Translations under genes and position numbers: made by a program
Shown: piece by piece, positions 29,987-39,874 of the stretch
How positions within the stretch are numbered: the stretch's first letter is position 1
How the letters are laid out: each line of letters starts with the position of its first letter
Notes under the pieces: generated by a model
What the model saw: only the letters and a program-made list of their open reading frames with translations
Told to the model about the DNA's origin: nothing
Databases searched by the model: none
NCBI GenBank assembly: GCA_965219455.1
Contig: OZ244744.1
Coordinates: 1 to 64,000, forward strand
DNA from: Candidatus Latescibacterota bacterium
GTDB lineage: Bacteria > Latescibacterota > UBA2968 > GCA-2709665
Reading direction: 5' to 3'
Length of the DNA: 64,000 nucleotides

Positions 29987-30178
29987 GGTTGTGTCTCCAA
30001 TTACCGATCTGTCTCTGCCCACGCCCCGGCTTCAGCGCCGTGTACGATGGCCATAGCGGTCCCGACCCGCGTCAGGATCCACGCCAACCGGAATGCCCCT
30101 CCACGAGACTCCTCATCTATTCGTTCCAGGGACGTGGGCTTGAATCTGCACCCGTTTTCCGACTCGTCCTCTCTCCTC

Positions 30179-31378
30179 TCAAGCCAACAATTCACACAGT
30201 CTCTTTCCGATCGCCTCCACGTCCCCTTCCCGCAGACACATGGGTCCGAAGCCCAGCACACCCTCGTAAACTTCCGCCGTATTGCAGTGTATACTCGGCT
30301 CACCATCGATGAGGCGCCGCGCCAGTTCCAGCCCTGTTATGCCTGCGGCCGCCTCGTCGATCTGAAGCCTCACACCGGGTATGGGCCTACCGGGGTCGAT
30401 GCTGGTGGTTACGCGTACATTCGACAACGCTTTCAGTATTTCGGCCAGGCTCTGAATCACTGCCGTCCATCGGGCGTGGCGCGCCCGATCCCCCTCGGCA
30501 ACAAACAGCCGGAGCGCCGTGATCAGACCCACGATCTCTTCCTTGCCCACCTTACAGGGTCTGCCGAGCCCGTGCTGCGGAGCGCCCGGCAGGCGATCTT
30601 TATCGATCAGCGAAGGCGGCGGATTCCAGAGATCGTGAAACACATCCTGGTCCAGGTGCTGCAGCGCAACGGCCGATACCAGATCTTTCCTGCCACACAG
30701 AATCCCCGAACTCTGCGGCCCGCGAATGGCTTTTCCACCGCTGAAACAGACCACGTCCGCGCCGGTTTCGACAAAGCGCTGCAGGTTCGACTGGGGCGGA
30801 AGCTGTCCGGCGGCGTCCACCACGACCGGCACCCCCTGCTCGTGGGCTGCCTTCACCACGTCCTCCAGATGCGGGCGCGCCCGCGCATTCATCACATATG
30901 CGACCGCCGCTGTCCGTTCCGTAATCGCGTCGGAAATCTCCCAGGCCTCCGTATCCCGCACCCCGGCTCCACTGTACCGGTCGGAAATCCCCACCTCCAC
31001 GAGCTTCACGCCCACCGCCCGGATGGCGTGGTCATAAAAATTTCGGTGGCTTCGAGGTATAATCACCTCGTCCTTCATCCCTTCCGTATCCGGCAGCCGG
31101 TTCATTCTGCCCGGGTCCAGCCCGGTCACGCACGCCGCGACGCCCAGCATGATTCCCGCCGCCGCACCCGACGTAACGTATCCGGCCTCGGCGCCCGTTA
31201 CGCGGGCAATGGCCTCTCCCGCCCACGCCTGCAACTCGGCGATATCCACACAATGCCGGGAGGCTTCCGCCATGGCCTGCGCCACCTCCGCCGGCAGGAT
31301 CGAGCCGCTCAACCGGGTTGATGGACCGGCAGCATTGACGATGGTACGTACTCCCAGGCGTTCATAAACACTGGTCAT
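30179..31378 (-). CDS. SelA-like PLP-dependent enzyme (DgaE-type, probably not true selenocysteine synthase)
   Basis: VNAAGPSTRLSGS, TSGAAAG, VDAA, FSGGKAIRGPQSSG, RPCKVGKEEIVG. Confidence 0.85.
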   Translation of the reverse strand: MTSVYERLGVRTIVNAAGPSTRLSGSILPAEVAQAMAEASRHCVDIAELQAWAGEAIARVTGAEAGYVTSGAAAGIMLGVAACVTGLDPGRMNRLPDTEGMKDEVIIPRSHRNFYDHAIRAVGVKLVEVGISDRYSGAGVRDTEAWEISDAITERTAAVAYVMNARARPHLEDVVKAAHEQGVPVVVDAAGQLPPQSNLQRFVETGADVVCFSGGKAIRGPQSSGILCGRKDLVSAVALQHLDQDVFHDLWNPPPSLIDKDRLPGAPQHGLGRPCKVGKEEIVGLITALRLFVAEGDRARHARWTAVIQSLAEILKALSNVRVTTSIDPGRPIPGVRLQIDEAAAGITGLELARRLIDGEPSIHCNTAEVYEGVLGFGPMCLREGDVEAIGKRLCELLA

Positions 31379-31668
31379 CCACGACCTCCTGAACTTTGAT
31401 CCGGCACGCCGTAACTAAGTAAATATAGAGACCACAATTCCGTGATCGGACACCCGAAACGACCGTCGATTCGCTCGGAAGCCGTTTAAAGATTCGCGGT
31501 GCGTTTCCGCGCGCGCGAAGCCGCGCTTGGCCAGCTTTTTAATATCAACCGCGGCCTTCACCCTGTCAAGCCAAAACCTTTCCGTATCAAAACCACTTGT
31601 ATAGCGGCCCCGGGCTGTTTACATTCCGTTCGACAACATCCATGCCAACACGGATCCGGGGGATCTCT

Positions 31669-32433
31669 ATGGAAGTCCTCGAACACACAACAAACCCCTT
31701 CAACGGTATTGTCATCAGCCCCGAAAGCCTTCCTTCGGACGTGCGGACTTTCAACGAATGCCTCTCGCAGTCCCTCAAGGCCTGGAAAAAAGGGGGCTAT
31801 CAGCTTGTGTGGCTGGAAGTACCCATCGGGAAATCGGAATTCATCCCCGTTGCAGTACAGAAGGGTTTCTCATTTCACCACAGCGGCGAGACCTATCTGA
31901 TGATGACCCGGCCGCTGGTCGAAAACGCGTTCATCCCCGGATATGCCACCCACTATATAGGCGCGGGAGGGGTGGTGATCAGCGAAACCGAAGAGATCCT
32001 GGTTGTCTGCGAAAAACACCGCGGCAGCAGCAGGCCCTACTATAAGCTGCCGGGCGGCGCACTACACCCGGGCGAACATCTGGCCGAGGCCGTGGTCCGG
32101 GAAATCAGGGAAGAAACGGGAGTCCATACTTCGTTCGAAGCGACGGTGTGTTTCCGCCACTGGCACGGCTACCGCCACGACAAATCCGACATTTACTTTG
32201 TCTGCCGCCTGAAACCGCTCACGTACGAAATCATACTTCAACCCGAAGAAATCGAAGAATGCCTCTGGATGCCCGTTGACGAATACCTGACGTCAGACGA
32301 CGTACATACCTTCAATCGCCAGATCGTCAGGGCGGCGCTTGCCAGCCCCGGCGTGGTGCTTTCCGACGTAGAAGGCTACAGCGACGGCAGGCGTCGGGAA
32401 ATCTTCATGCCGCCGGGTATGGACGGGACCTGA
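31669..32433 (+). CDS. Nudix hydrolase (NUDT6-like with N-terminal extension)
   Basis: GFSFHH, PGYATHYIGAGG, KLPGG..GE....AVVREIREETG Nudix box, FRHWH, KSDIYF. Confidence 0.9.
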   Translation: MEVLEHTTNPFNGIVISPESLPSDVRTFNECLSQSLKAWKKGGYQLVWLEVPIGKSEFIPVAVQKGFSFHHSGETYLMMTRPLVENAFIPGYATHYIGAGGVVISETEEILVVCEKHRGSSRPYYKLPGGALHPGEHLAEAVVREIREETGVHTSFEATVCFRHWHGYRHDKSDIYFVCRLKPLTYEIILQPEEIEECLWMPVDEYLTSDDVHTFNRQIVRAALASPGVVLSDVEGYSDGRRREIFMPPGMDGT

Positions 32434-32547
32434 TCCCGCGTCAACCGGTCCTCCGACAAAACAGCCGAACGAAATCACATCGGATCGACAACGCCCCGAA
32501 CCCGGCCGCCGGCAGCGTGACGATCCAGTATCAGGAAAAAATCACCG

Positions 32548-34581
32548 ATGAAATTACAGGAATCTCTCTATCGCCACATTCTCGAGAACCGCAGGGTTGA
32601 CGACAACCCTATTGTGGGCTCGCTGAAACAAAACCTCCGCCAGGCCTGCGAAGATCATCTCAACCCCGAATCGCCGGCATATATAGACTATACCGAACGC
32701 AGAGCGGACTTCTGGTTCACCCGGAGCGGCGGCCGTTTGCTTCCCAAATCGATTGAAACCCTTGCCGTCGGCGGCATTCTCCTTGACGGAAGGTACGCGG
32801 CGGAGGCCTGCAACATCCTCCGGACGATCGTGAAATATCGCATCGTGGAAAACTGCGGCGGCACGAACTATGGGCGCCCGTACCGGACATGGCGGGACAA
32901 TTGCCTGGACGCCGGCGCCAGTTCAACGGTGCTCGCCATTGGTCTGGACCTGCTCCGGCAAGAGCTGTCGGATGCCGAACGCCGGGAAATTGGAACCTAT
33001 TGCCTGCCGTTTATCGACTACACGCTGGAGAATCCGCCCGACCCCGAAGAGACCCGCCCCGACTGGAATATGGGCGCCATCGGGTGCATCGGCCTCGGCC
33101 TGCTCGGGCTGGTGTTACGCAACTACGGCGTATTGGACGAGTCCCGATTCAACCGGGCGCTGGCGTCGGCCAAAAGGCGGTGCCTGCTCTTCCTCGACAG
33201 GGGTCACGACGGCGAGGGCGCCTTTTACGAAGGCCCGGCTTACGGCGGCGCCACACTGCACTACCTCGCCCCGTTCGCCCTGGCGCTGGCCGTCTGCGGG
33301 GATCGGGAACTCACAGACCATGCGGGTTGGGAACGCATCGCGGAAGGTCTGGTGTATGAACTCATACCCGCTACGGGGCGGCCGAATCCGCTTAACGACT
33401 GCGGCGACCAGTTTCACATCGAATGGCTTTCCCTGCTGGCTTCTCAACAGAAGAACGGCCTCGCCCAGTGGCTCTGGCAGCGTATCGATAAACTCCCGGC
33501 CCACGGTGAATTCTGGCAGGCCCCGGACGGGGGCTGGGTCGACACCGTCACCCGTTACCTGCTGTACTTCGATCCGTCGGTAGAACCCGTGTCGCCGGAC
33601 GGCCAGGATCTCCGGGGTGTCAGGCACTTTCGCAACCGGGGGCTGGTGGACGTCCGTTCCGGATGGCAGCCCGGCGATTTCTTTCTCTCGTTTCTATGCG
33701 ACGTTTTCCCAGCGGGCGGCCACCGGCAGGCCGATCGCAACCACTTCGCGCTGCACGCCCTCGGAGAGAGCTTTGCCTGCGATTCCGGATACGCCCTCGA
33801 GAGGCTTCCCGGCACCACCGAAGTCCTTCGCCTGGGCGCGCTGGGTGAAGCCCACAATCTGCCTCTGGTGATGGGTGAAATGCAACGTCGCGGCCCCACG
33901 CGCAACGACGGCATCGTCCGTGCGGACATCCAGGGGTCCTTCCCCTATATCGAGGCGGAAGCGGGCGATAGCTACGCCTGCGCGCAACGGTTCGTCCGAC
34001 GGGTGCTCTGCCTGCCGGATGATCGCGGCGCGCCTGCCGCCGTGATCATCGTCGATCGCCTGGACTTTGAGATGCACGACCGTCCGATGCTGTCCTGGCT
34101 GTTGCACACCGCCGCCGGCAATCGCCTGGATTGCGGTCGGGATCGGGTCTCCATCGTCGGCGGCACGCGGGAAAACCGGTGCGACGTCCAGATCGCGACC
34201 CCGTGGCCGGGCCGCTGGCGCGAGGAAACTTTCTTTGACCATCCCCGGTTGCGCTACGACTGGTTCTGGAGCCCGCTGTTCTGTATTGTGGCGCTGGTCC
34301 CGTACCACAAGAACGCCTCCCCACCCGAGATTGACGCCAGCGGGAACGCCGAGGGCTGCGCCATTCGCATTCGCCAGGGCGACGTGGCCGACACCGTCCT
34401 GACCGCGGGGCCCGACAGTACGTTCGCTTTCGACGGCATCCGGACGGATGCCGAGTTCACGCACGTCCGAACCGCGGGTGATGAAATCGACGCCGGCCTC
34501 GTCGCCGCCGGTTCACTGCTCGACGTTCGAGGGAATCTCGTCGTTTCCGAATCACGATCCGTCGACTGTCACAGATTCTGA
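32548..34581 (+). CDS. Heparinase II/III-family (alpha/alpha-toroid lyase-like) protein
   Basis: NM/DWN, GAFYEGPAY, NDC, RSGW, GHRQADRNHF, DSGY, AHN motifs in the expected order. Confidence 0.75.
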   Translation: MKLQESLYRHILENRRVDDNPIVGSLKQNLRQACEDHLNPESPAYIDYTERRADFWFTRSGGRLLPKSIETLAVGGILLDGRYAAEACNILRTIVKYRIVENCGGTNYGRPYRTWRDNCLDAGASSTVLAIGLDLLRQELSDAERREIGTYCLPFIDYTLENPPDPEETRPDWNMGAIGCIGLGLLGLVLRNYGVLDESRFNRALASAKRRCLLFLDRGHDGEGAFYEGPAYGGATLHYLAPFALALAVCGDRELTDHAGWERIAEGLVYELIPATGRPNPLNDCGDQFHIEWLSLLASQQKNGLAQWLWQRIDKLPAHGEFWQAPDGGWVDTVTRYLLYFDPSVEPVSPDGQDLRGVRHFRNRGLVDVRSGWQPGDFFLSFLCDVFPAGGHRQADRNHFALHALGESFACDSGYALERLPGTTEVLRLGALGEAHNLPLVMGEMQRRGPTRNDGIVRADIQGSFPYIEAEAGDSYACAQRFVRRVLCLPDDRGAPAAVIIVDRLDFEMHDRPMLSWLLHTAAGNRLDCGRDRVSIVGGTRENRCDVQIATPWPGRWREETFFDHPRLRYDWFWSPLFCIVALVPYHKNASPPEIDASGNAEGCAIRIRQGDVADTVLTAGPDSTFAFDGIRTDAEFTHVRTAGDEIDAGLVAAGSLLDVRGNLVVSESRSVDCHRF

Positions 34582-34657
34582 CGACGGCAGGAAATCCCCT
34601 TCTGAACCGCTAACCAATCGTGTCTTGAGGGTCGGGTTTCGATTCCAGCACTCGCCA

Positions 34658-35503
34658 TTATCCTTCCGGCAATCGACCGAGGGCGTCCATCACCGGATCG
34701 ACGTCAAACACGTAACCGAACATCAAGGCAACCCTCCAAAGCGCGATCTCCTTGGCCAGTTCATCCGTGCAGCTTTCCCCGTTCTCCACCGCCGTTGTCG
34801 CCTGCCGGATGGTCGAACACACGTACCCCATCCGTCCCATATCGATCATACCTCCCGGGCTGGCGAGAAGGCACCAGTTGATGGCGAACCCGATATAGAT
34901 CAGGTGCCAGATTTCCCGTTCCCGGCAGACCGCGTTGAGCTGGTGGGAATTGATTACGACGGCCTCATCGGCATCCGGAATCGCCTGCGGCGCAAAATCG
35001 ACATGCTTGAACCCCGCCGCGATGTCCGTCTGGTTGTGGGCGCCGGTCATCTGCCTGCCCCGATCCGCCTGCCACTGTTTCTTCAACACATCGTCCACCG
35101 AGCCCGGCGCCGCTTTGGGCTCCTCCCCCGCCATCGCCCTGATTCGCTGATATTCGTCGTAAGACGCCGTATAACTCTCGCTCGATCCGACGTGAATTAC
35201 AGACAGTCCGGCCTCCCTTGCCGCCCGTAGAAGCGGCGGAAACACGCCTTTCGAAATCCTCATCGCTCTCGGCAGATACTCCACCATGCGGAACCAGCCG
35301 TCGTAAGGCGACCCCGGCCCGGGTGGAATTTCGTCCACCAGTCCGGGATTCCACGCGTGCATGCTGACCAGCGCCGTCCTTTCAAGCGGCACTTCCAGCA
35401 TCCGCGTGGTCCAGCCGGCGTAACCGCGCCCTGGAATATCCGCACCCAGATCCGCATCGTGCTGCCGGTAGTAGTGCGCGGGCAGCGTTAACATTTCGCC
35501 CAT
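34658..35503 (-). CDS. Isochorismatase-like cysteine hydrolase fold protein
   Basis: TALVSMHAWN, LLRAAREAGLSVIH, LIYIGFAINWCL, IRQATTA. Confidence 0.7.
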   Translation of the reverse strand: MGEMLTLPAHYYRQHDADLGADIPGRGYAGWTTRMLEVPLERTALVSMHAWNPGLVDEIPPGPGSPYDGWFRMVEYLPRAMRISKGVFPPLLRAAREAGLSVIHVGSSESYTASYDEYQRIRAMAGEEPKAAPGSVDDVLKKQWQADRGRQMTGAHNQTDIAAGFKHVDFAPQAIPDADEAVVINSHQLNAVCREREIWHLIYIGFAINWCLLASPGGMIDMGRMGYVCSTIRQATTAVENGESCTDELAKEIALWRVALMFGYVFDVDPVMDALGRLPEG

Positions 35504-35576
35504 TGGGCCTCCTTTTTCATGGCGGCAGCGTGGTCAGTTCGCCAGACCGCCCCTGTGATCACCCTGATGCGATCGT

Positions 35577-36782
35577 TCAAATGGCGCCGTCATTGCGGAG
35601 TTTTTCAATCTCCAGGGTTGAATATCCGAGATACTCCGCCAGAATCGGCTCGTTGTGTTCTCCTAGCGAGGGGCCCCGCCGAGGTTCAACCGATGCGCCG
35701 CCGACCTTTATGGGACTCGCCACCACCCGGGCGACTCCGAACTCCGGGTGCGGCAACTGCAGTATCATATTGTTCTCGGCCACGTGAGGGTCGGCAAAGG
35801 CCTGCGCCACCGTATTCACCGGGGCGCAGGGCACCTTTCCCTTAAGCAGCGCCAGCCAGTCGGCGGTTGTTTTCCTGCGAAAGAGATCCTTCAGGATCGG
35901 AACCAGAATATCCCGATTCTCCAGGCGATCCTCAAATGAGGAAAACCTCCTGTCTTCCGCCAGTTCCGGCGCCCCCAGAATGCGTACCAGATTTCGAAAG
36001 AACTTCTCTTTTGCACACATCACCACGAGCCATCCGTCCTCTGTCGGCACCACCTGCGACGGGATCTGCGACGGATGGGATGAGTCGGGCGTCCGATGCG
36101 CCTGATATCCCTTGGTGAGGTACCACGCCGCCACATATCCCAGGTGCGCCAGCGCCGTATCGAACAGATTCACGTCCACGTCGCACCCCAGGCCCGTCTG
36201 TCTGGCGCGGAAAATCGCGCTGGCGATGCCCAGAGACGCCATTGCGCCCGCCCCGAGGTCCACGAGGGAGAGCCCTGCTTTCGTCGGCGGCCCGTCCGGT
36301 TCGCCCGTAAGATTCATCCAGCCGGCGTATCCCTGCATCAGATAGTCGTATCCCGGCTCACCGGCTCGAGACCCTTCCCGCCCGAACGCGGAAAGCGAGC
36401 AGCATACAATTGATGACTTGACCTCACTCAGAGCCGGATAGTCGAGCCCCAGCCGGGCCGGAAGGTCTCCGCGCAGGTTGTTGAATACCCCGTCCGAAAT
36501 CCTCACCAGCCGATGCAGCACCTCCGTGGCTTCCGGATGCTGCAAATTCAGCGTCACACTCTTTTTGTTTCGGTTGAAGCTCTGGAAATACACGCTATCC
36601 TGTTCAGCGGTATACGGCGGCACGTAACGCGCAACGTCGCCGCCGGTCTCGGGGTTCTCGACCTTGATGATTTCCGCCCCGAGGTCCGCCAGCATCATCG
36701 TTGCCCACGGACCCGCCCCGAACTGCTCCACGGAGACAATCCTTATTCCACTCAATGGCGGATGTTGGTGTCCATCGTACAA
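35577..36782 (-). CDS. Class III CoA-transferase (CaiB/BaiF)
   Basis: GPWATMMLADLGAEIIKVE, NRNKKSV, GYDYLMQ, PSLGEHN. Confidence 0.93.
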   Translation of the reverse strand: MYDGHQHPPLSGIRIVSVEQFGAGPWATMMLADLGAEIIKVENPETGGDVARYVPPYTAEQDSVYFQSFNRNKKSVTLNLQHPEATEVLHRLVRISDGVFNNLRGDLPARLGLDYPALSEVKSSIVCCSLSAFGREGSRAGEPGYDYLMQGYAGWMNLTGEPDGPPTKAGLSLVDLGAGAMASLGIASAIFRARQTGLGCDVDVNLFDTALAHLGYVAAWYLTKGYQAHRTPDSSHPSQIPSQVVPTEDGWLVVMCAKEKFFRNLVRILGAPELAEDRRFSSFEDRLENRDILVPILKDLFRRKTTADWLALLKGKVPCAPVNTVAQAFADPHVAENNMILQLPHPEFGVARVVASPIKVGGASVEPRRGPSLGEHNEPILAEYLGYSTLEIEKLRNDGAI

Positions 36783-36900
36783 TTGTTCCTCTCGTTCTTC
36801 GAAATGAACGCCGGAGGAGTCGCCCGAAGAACCGTTCGTGGCGCCGACCCCGGTCGTTCCGTTTCATCCGGCTTCGCGACCAGACGCAGAAACCAGGTTC

Positions 36901-37782
36901 TCAGCGACCGGTCTGACGGCCGTTGCGTTCTTCCTCCTTGAGGCGATCCAGGAGTTCCCGAGCCCGTTCCAGAACAGGCCTGTCCACCATCCGGCCGTCC
37001 ACGGTCGCCGCGCCCTCGTCCGCCCGCCGTTCCAAAGCCGTAACGATCCGCCGGGCCCGCGCCACCTCGGCTTCCGAGGGGCTGAAAATTTCATTCACCG
37101 CGCCAATCTGACCCGGATGGATCACGGCTTTTCCGGCAAGCCCGAGGTCCCGGGCCTGCCGCGCCTCCAGGACCAGTCCGTCAGAATTGCGGATGTCGGT
37201 AAATACCTTGTCTATGGCCAGGATCTGTCCGCTTGCCGCAGCCACCGCCAGCGCCGACCGGGCGTAGTCGAGCAATCCCGTTCCCGGGTGCGAAAAGAGG
37301 CCCAGATCCAGCGCGAAATCCTCGGCGCCGAACATAAGCCCCAACAGCCTGGGTGTGGCGGAAGCGATCGCAGGGGCCTGTACCAGGCCCCTGGCGCTCT
37401 CGATGATTGCCAGAAGCTTCACGCCGCCGGATGGAATCCCCGCCTGCGTCTCGTGCCGGTCCAGCCACCGGTGCATCTGAAGCACGTCTTCCGGACCATG
37501 CACTTTGGGCAGCACGAGACCCTGCAGCCCTGCCCGCGCAATCGCCCGCAGATCGGCGTCTTGTTCGGAGGATCCGGCCGCATGAACTCTCACGAATCGC
37601 GGTGGGCCGCCAGGCGCGCTGTCCAGTGCGGCGGCCACCCGCTGGCGCGCAACGTCCTTCCCGGCCTCCGCGACGCCGTCCTCCAGATCGAATATCAGGA
37701 CATCCGCCGGCAGTCCCAAAGCCCTGTCGATCATCCGCTGCCGGTGCCCGGGCACAAATAGCCAGGACCGCATCGCCTTCAC
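36901..37782 (-). CDS. CitE/HpcH-family CoA-ester lyase
   Basis: RSWLFVPG, DLEDGV, LPKV, IESARG, FGAEDF, GKAVIHPGQI, GRMVDRP. Confidence 0.92.
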   Translation of the reverse strand: MKAMRSWLFVPGHRQRMIDRALGLPADVLIFDLEDGVAEAGKDVARQRVAAALDSAPGGPPRFVRVHAAGSSEQDADLRAIARAGLQGLVLPKVHGPEDVLQMHRWLDRHETQAGIPSGGVKLLAIIESARGLVQAPAIASATPRLLGLMFGAEDFALDLGLFSHPGTGLLDYARSALAVAAASGQILAIDKVFTDIRNSDGLVLEARQARDLGLAGKAVIHPGQIGAVNEIFSPSEAEVARARRIVTALERRADEGAATVDGRMVDRPVLERARELLDRLKEEERNGRQTGR

Positions 37783-38309
37783 CCGTCTTTCTCCTCGAGA
37801 ATCTCGGGAAAGGCATCTCCCGACGGCGCGTGCGCCCTCTTATAGATCATCACGCTGCGAGTCAAATCGATGACGACACGACCGTCCTGATTCACTCCCC
37901 GCGACCGCACGTTCACGATACCCGCTTCCGGGAACGACTTCGACTCCCGCCTGGCGAGCACCTCCGTCTCGCAATAGAGCGTATCTCCCAAAAATACCGG
38001 GTTGGGAAGCCGGATCTCGCTCCAACCCAGGTTCGCCATCGCCTGCTCGCTCACGTCCGGGACACTCATTCCTACGACCAGCGCGAGCGTAAAGGTGCTG
38101 TTCACCAGGATCTTTCCCCACCGCGTCCGACGGGCATACTCCTCGTCAAAGTGGAGCGGATTGGTATTCATGGTCAGGTGCGTAAACAGCTGATTGTCCG
38201 CCGCCGTCACCGTCCGCCCGAAACGGCTTCGGTAGACCTCGCCCACCTCGAAATCCTCGTAGCACCTCCCGGTCCATCCCGGTACCACCTTTTTCTTTGT
38301 TTTCCCCAT
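37779..38309 (-). CDS. MaoC-family dehydratase
   Basis: GRCYEDFEVG, RTVTAADN, NTNPLHFD, ANLGW, PVFLGDTLY. Confidence 0.92.
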   Translation of the reverse strand: MGKTKKKVVPGWTGRCYEDFEVGEVYRSRFGRTVTAADNQLFTHLTMNTNPLHFDEEYARRTRWGKILVNSTFTLALVVGMSVPDVSEQAMANLGWSEIRLPNPVFLGDTLYCETEVLARRESKSFPEAGIVNVRSRGVNQDGRVVIDLTRSVMIYKRAHAPSGDAFPEILEEKDG

Positions 38310-38352
38310 ACCAGACCCCTATGCATCGTCATCGGCCGAAAACCCTTTTCAA

Positions 38353-38381
38353 TTGACATAGCGGCTGCTTTCATCCATAAT
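38353..38381 (+). promoter_or_regulatory. Sigma70-like promoter of the MFS cluster
   Basis: TTGACA(38353)-17 nt-CATAAT(38376). Confidence 0.65.
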
Positions 38382-38428
38382 AGGCCCGGACCACAAATGA
38401 CACACCAATATGTTTTCGCCGCAATCCG

Positions 38429-39700
38429 ATGTCCAGCGCTTTCGAACGCGAATCGCCAAAACCCGGTTCAACAATGCCCGACCCTTCCTCCGCAGGCCTC
38501 AAGGAGTTGCTGAACCGCCGCTTCGCCGCCCTTCTCGTTGTATCCTTCCTTGCCAGTTTTATTTCCGCCCCCCTTTATTCCTCTCTCCTTCCCGCCTACG
38601 TCGAAGCGGGGCTTTCCCGGTCCCCCCTATTTACCGCCGGCCTGCGAGGGCTCTTCTTTATGCTGGGGGGTCTGTGTTCCGTGCCCGCCGGCATGCTTTG
38701 CGATGCCTTCGGCATCAAGCGTGTGTTGATTCTGGGCCAATTCGGTCCACTGCTGGCGGGCGCCATATTTCTCACGGGCGACCCCTATCTATTGTCGGCG
38801 CTCTCGATCGGCCTTGGAATGACGTTCGGATTCAGCAGCACGGGCGGGCAGAGCTACCTGCTCGGCGCCGCTCCAGCGGGCGTCATGGGCATGGCCTCGG
38901 CGGGATATTTTCTGAGCAGTACGCTGGGCAGCGCCGCGGGCAACCTGCTGGCCGGACCCGTAGCCGACAACCTCGGATACGAGCGCCTCGGACATCTGGC
39001 CTGCGCCACCGCCGCGGGTATCGTCGTTTTGACCCTCGTTATGCTGCCCAGCCTTCCACGCCACGCAAACTCCGATAGGTCGGCCACCCGTTCTCTCGCC
39101 GGTTATATCGACCTGTGCCGTCGCCGGGAAGTCCGCCTGCTGCTGGCGATTCGGTACCTGCCCACCAGCTATTGGGGCGCGGTGAGCCTGCTTATCCCGC
39201 TGCTCATCTTTCGTATCTCCGGAACCAACACGTCCGTCACCACGTACAGCGCCATCAGCCTGGTTGCCGCCTGTGGCTCGCAGTTACTGACAGGCCGGCT
39301 GGTTGATCGTATCGGCCGGTGGAGACCCGTCTTTATCTCATCCTCGCTTGTCGCCGTCAGCGCCGTGGGGCTGACGCTTTCGGCCCACACACTTGCCGGC
39401 CTGTACACCTTTGGGATTATGGCTTCGGTTTTCGCCTGGTCGCTTTCCACCACCATGCCCGGCATTCTCCAGTTAACCGCACGCGAGGGCGAAGAGGGGC
39501 GAGTGGTCGGCAGCGCGCACGTCGCATGGAGCGCCGGCATGCTCTCCGGCAGCCTGGGAGGCGGCAAACTCATCGACTGGGGCCCCGCGTTACCCTTCGC
39601 TATCGGCGCCGTCTTCGCACTCGGGGCGGTAGCCTGCGGTATCGGCCTTTACTACGTTCATCGAGCCACGGATCCAGGGCCCGCAAAACGCGTCGATTAG
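38429..39700 (+). CDS. MFS transporter
   Basis: About 12 hydrophobic segments; motif A GMLCDAFGIKR and GRLVDRIGRWR. Confidence 0.9.
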   Translation: MSSAFERESPKPGSTMPDPSSAGLKELLNRRFAALLVVSFLASFISAPLYSSLLPAYVEAGLSRSPLFTAGLRGLFFMLGGLCSVPAGMLCDAFGIKRVLILGQFGPLLAGAIFLTGDPYLLSALSIGLGMTFGFSSTGGQSYLLGAAPAGVMGMASAGYFLSSTLGSAAGNLLAGPVADNLGYERLGHLACATAAGIVVLTLVMLPSLPRHANSDRSATRSLAGYIDLCRRREVRLLLAIRYLPTSYWGAVSLLIPLLIFRISGTNTSVTTYSAISLVAACGSQLLTGRLVDRIGRWRPVFISSSLVAVSAVGLTLSAHTLAGLYTFGIMASVFAWSLSTTMPGILQLTAREGEEGRVVGSAHVAWSAGMLSGSLGGGKLIDWGPALPFAIGAVFALGAVACGIGLYYVHRATDPGPAKRVD

Positions 39701-39874
39701 GTTCGTCCAGCGCAGGTTCGCCCGTGAATGGGCGCTGGTGCCGTGGCGTCCCGGACGATCCGACACTTGCGCGTCGCATGTAGAACCGTATATTCGGAGG
39801 GGTTCCGAAACCACCGTCTAAGCGAAAGCGGATCTCGAGGTTGCGGTCCGCCTGTCAAGTTCAAGAGGTTCTCC

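Noticed and set aside
30179-31378. True selA selenocysteine system
   Set aside because: Sequence fits the shorter DgaE-like subfamily; no selB, selC or selD nearby.
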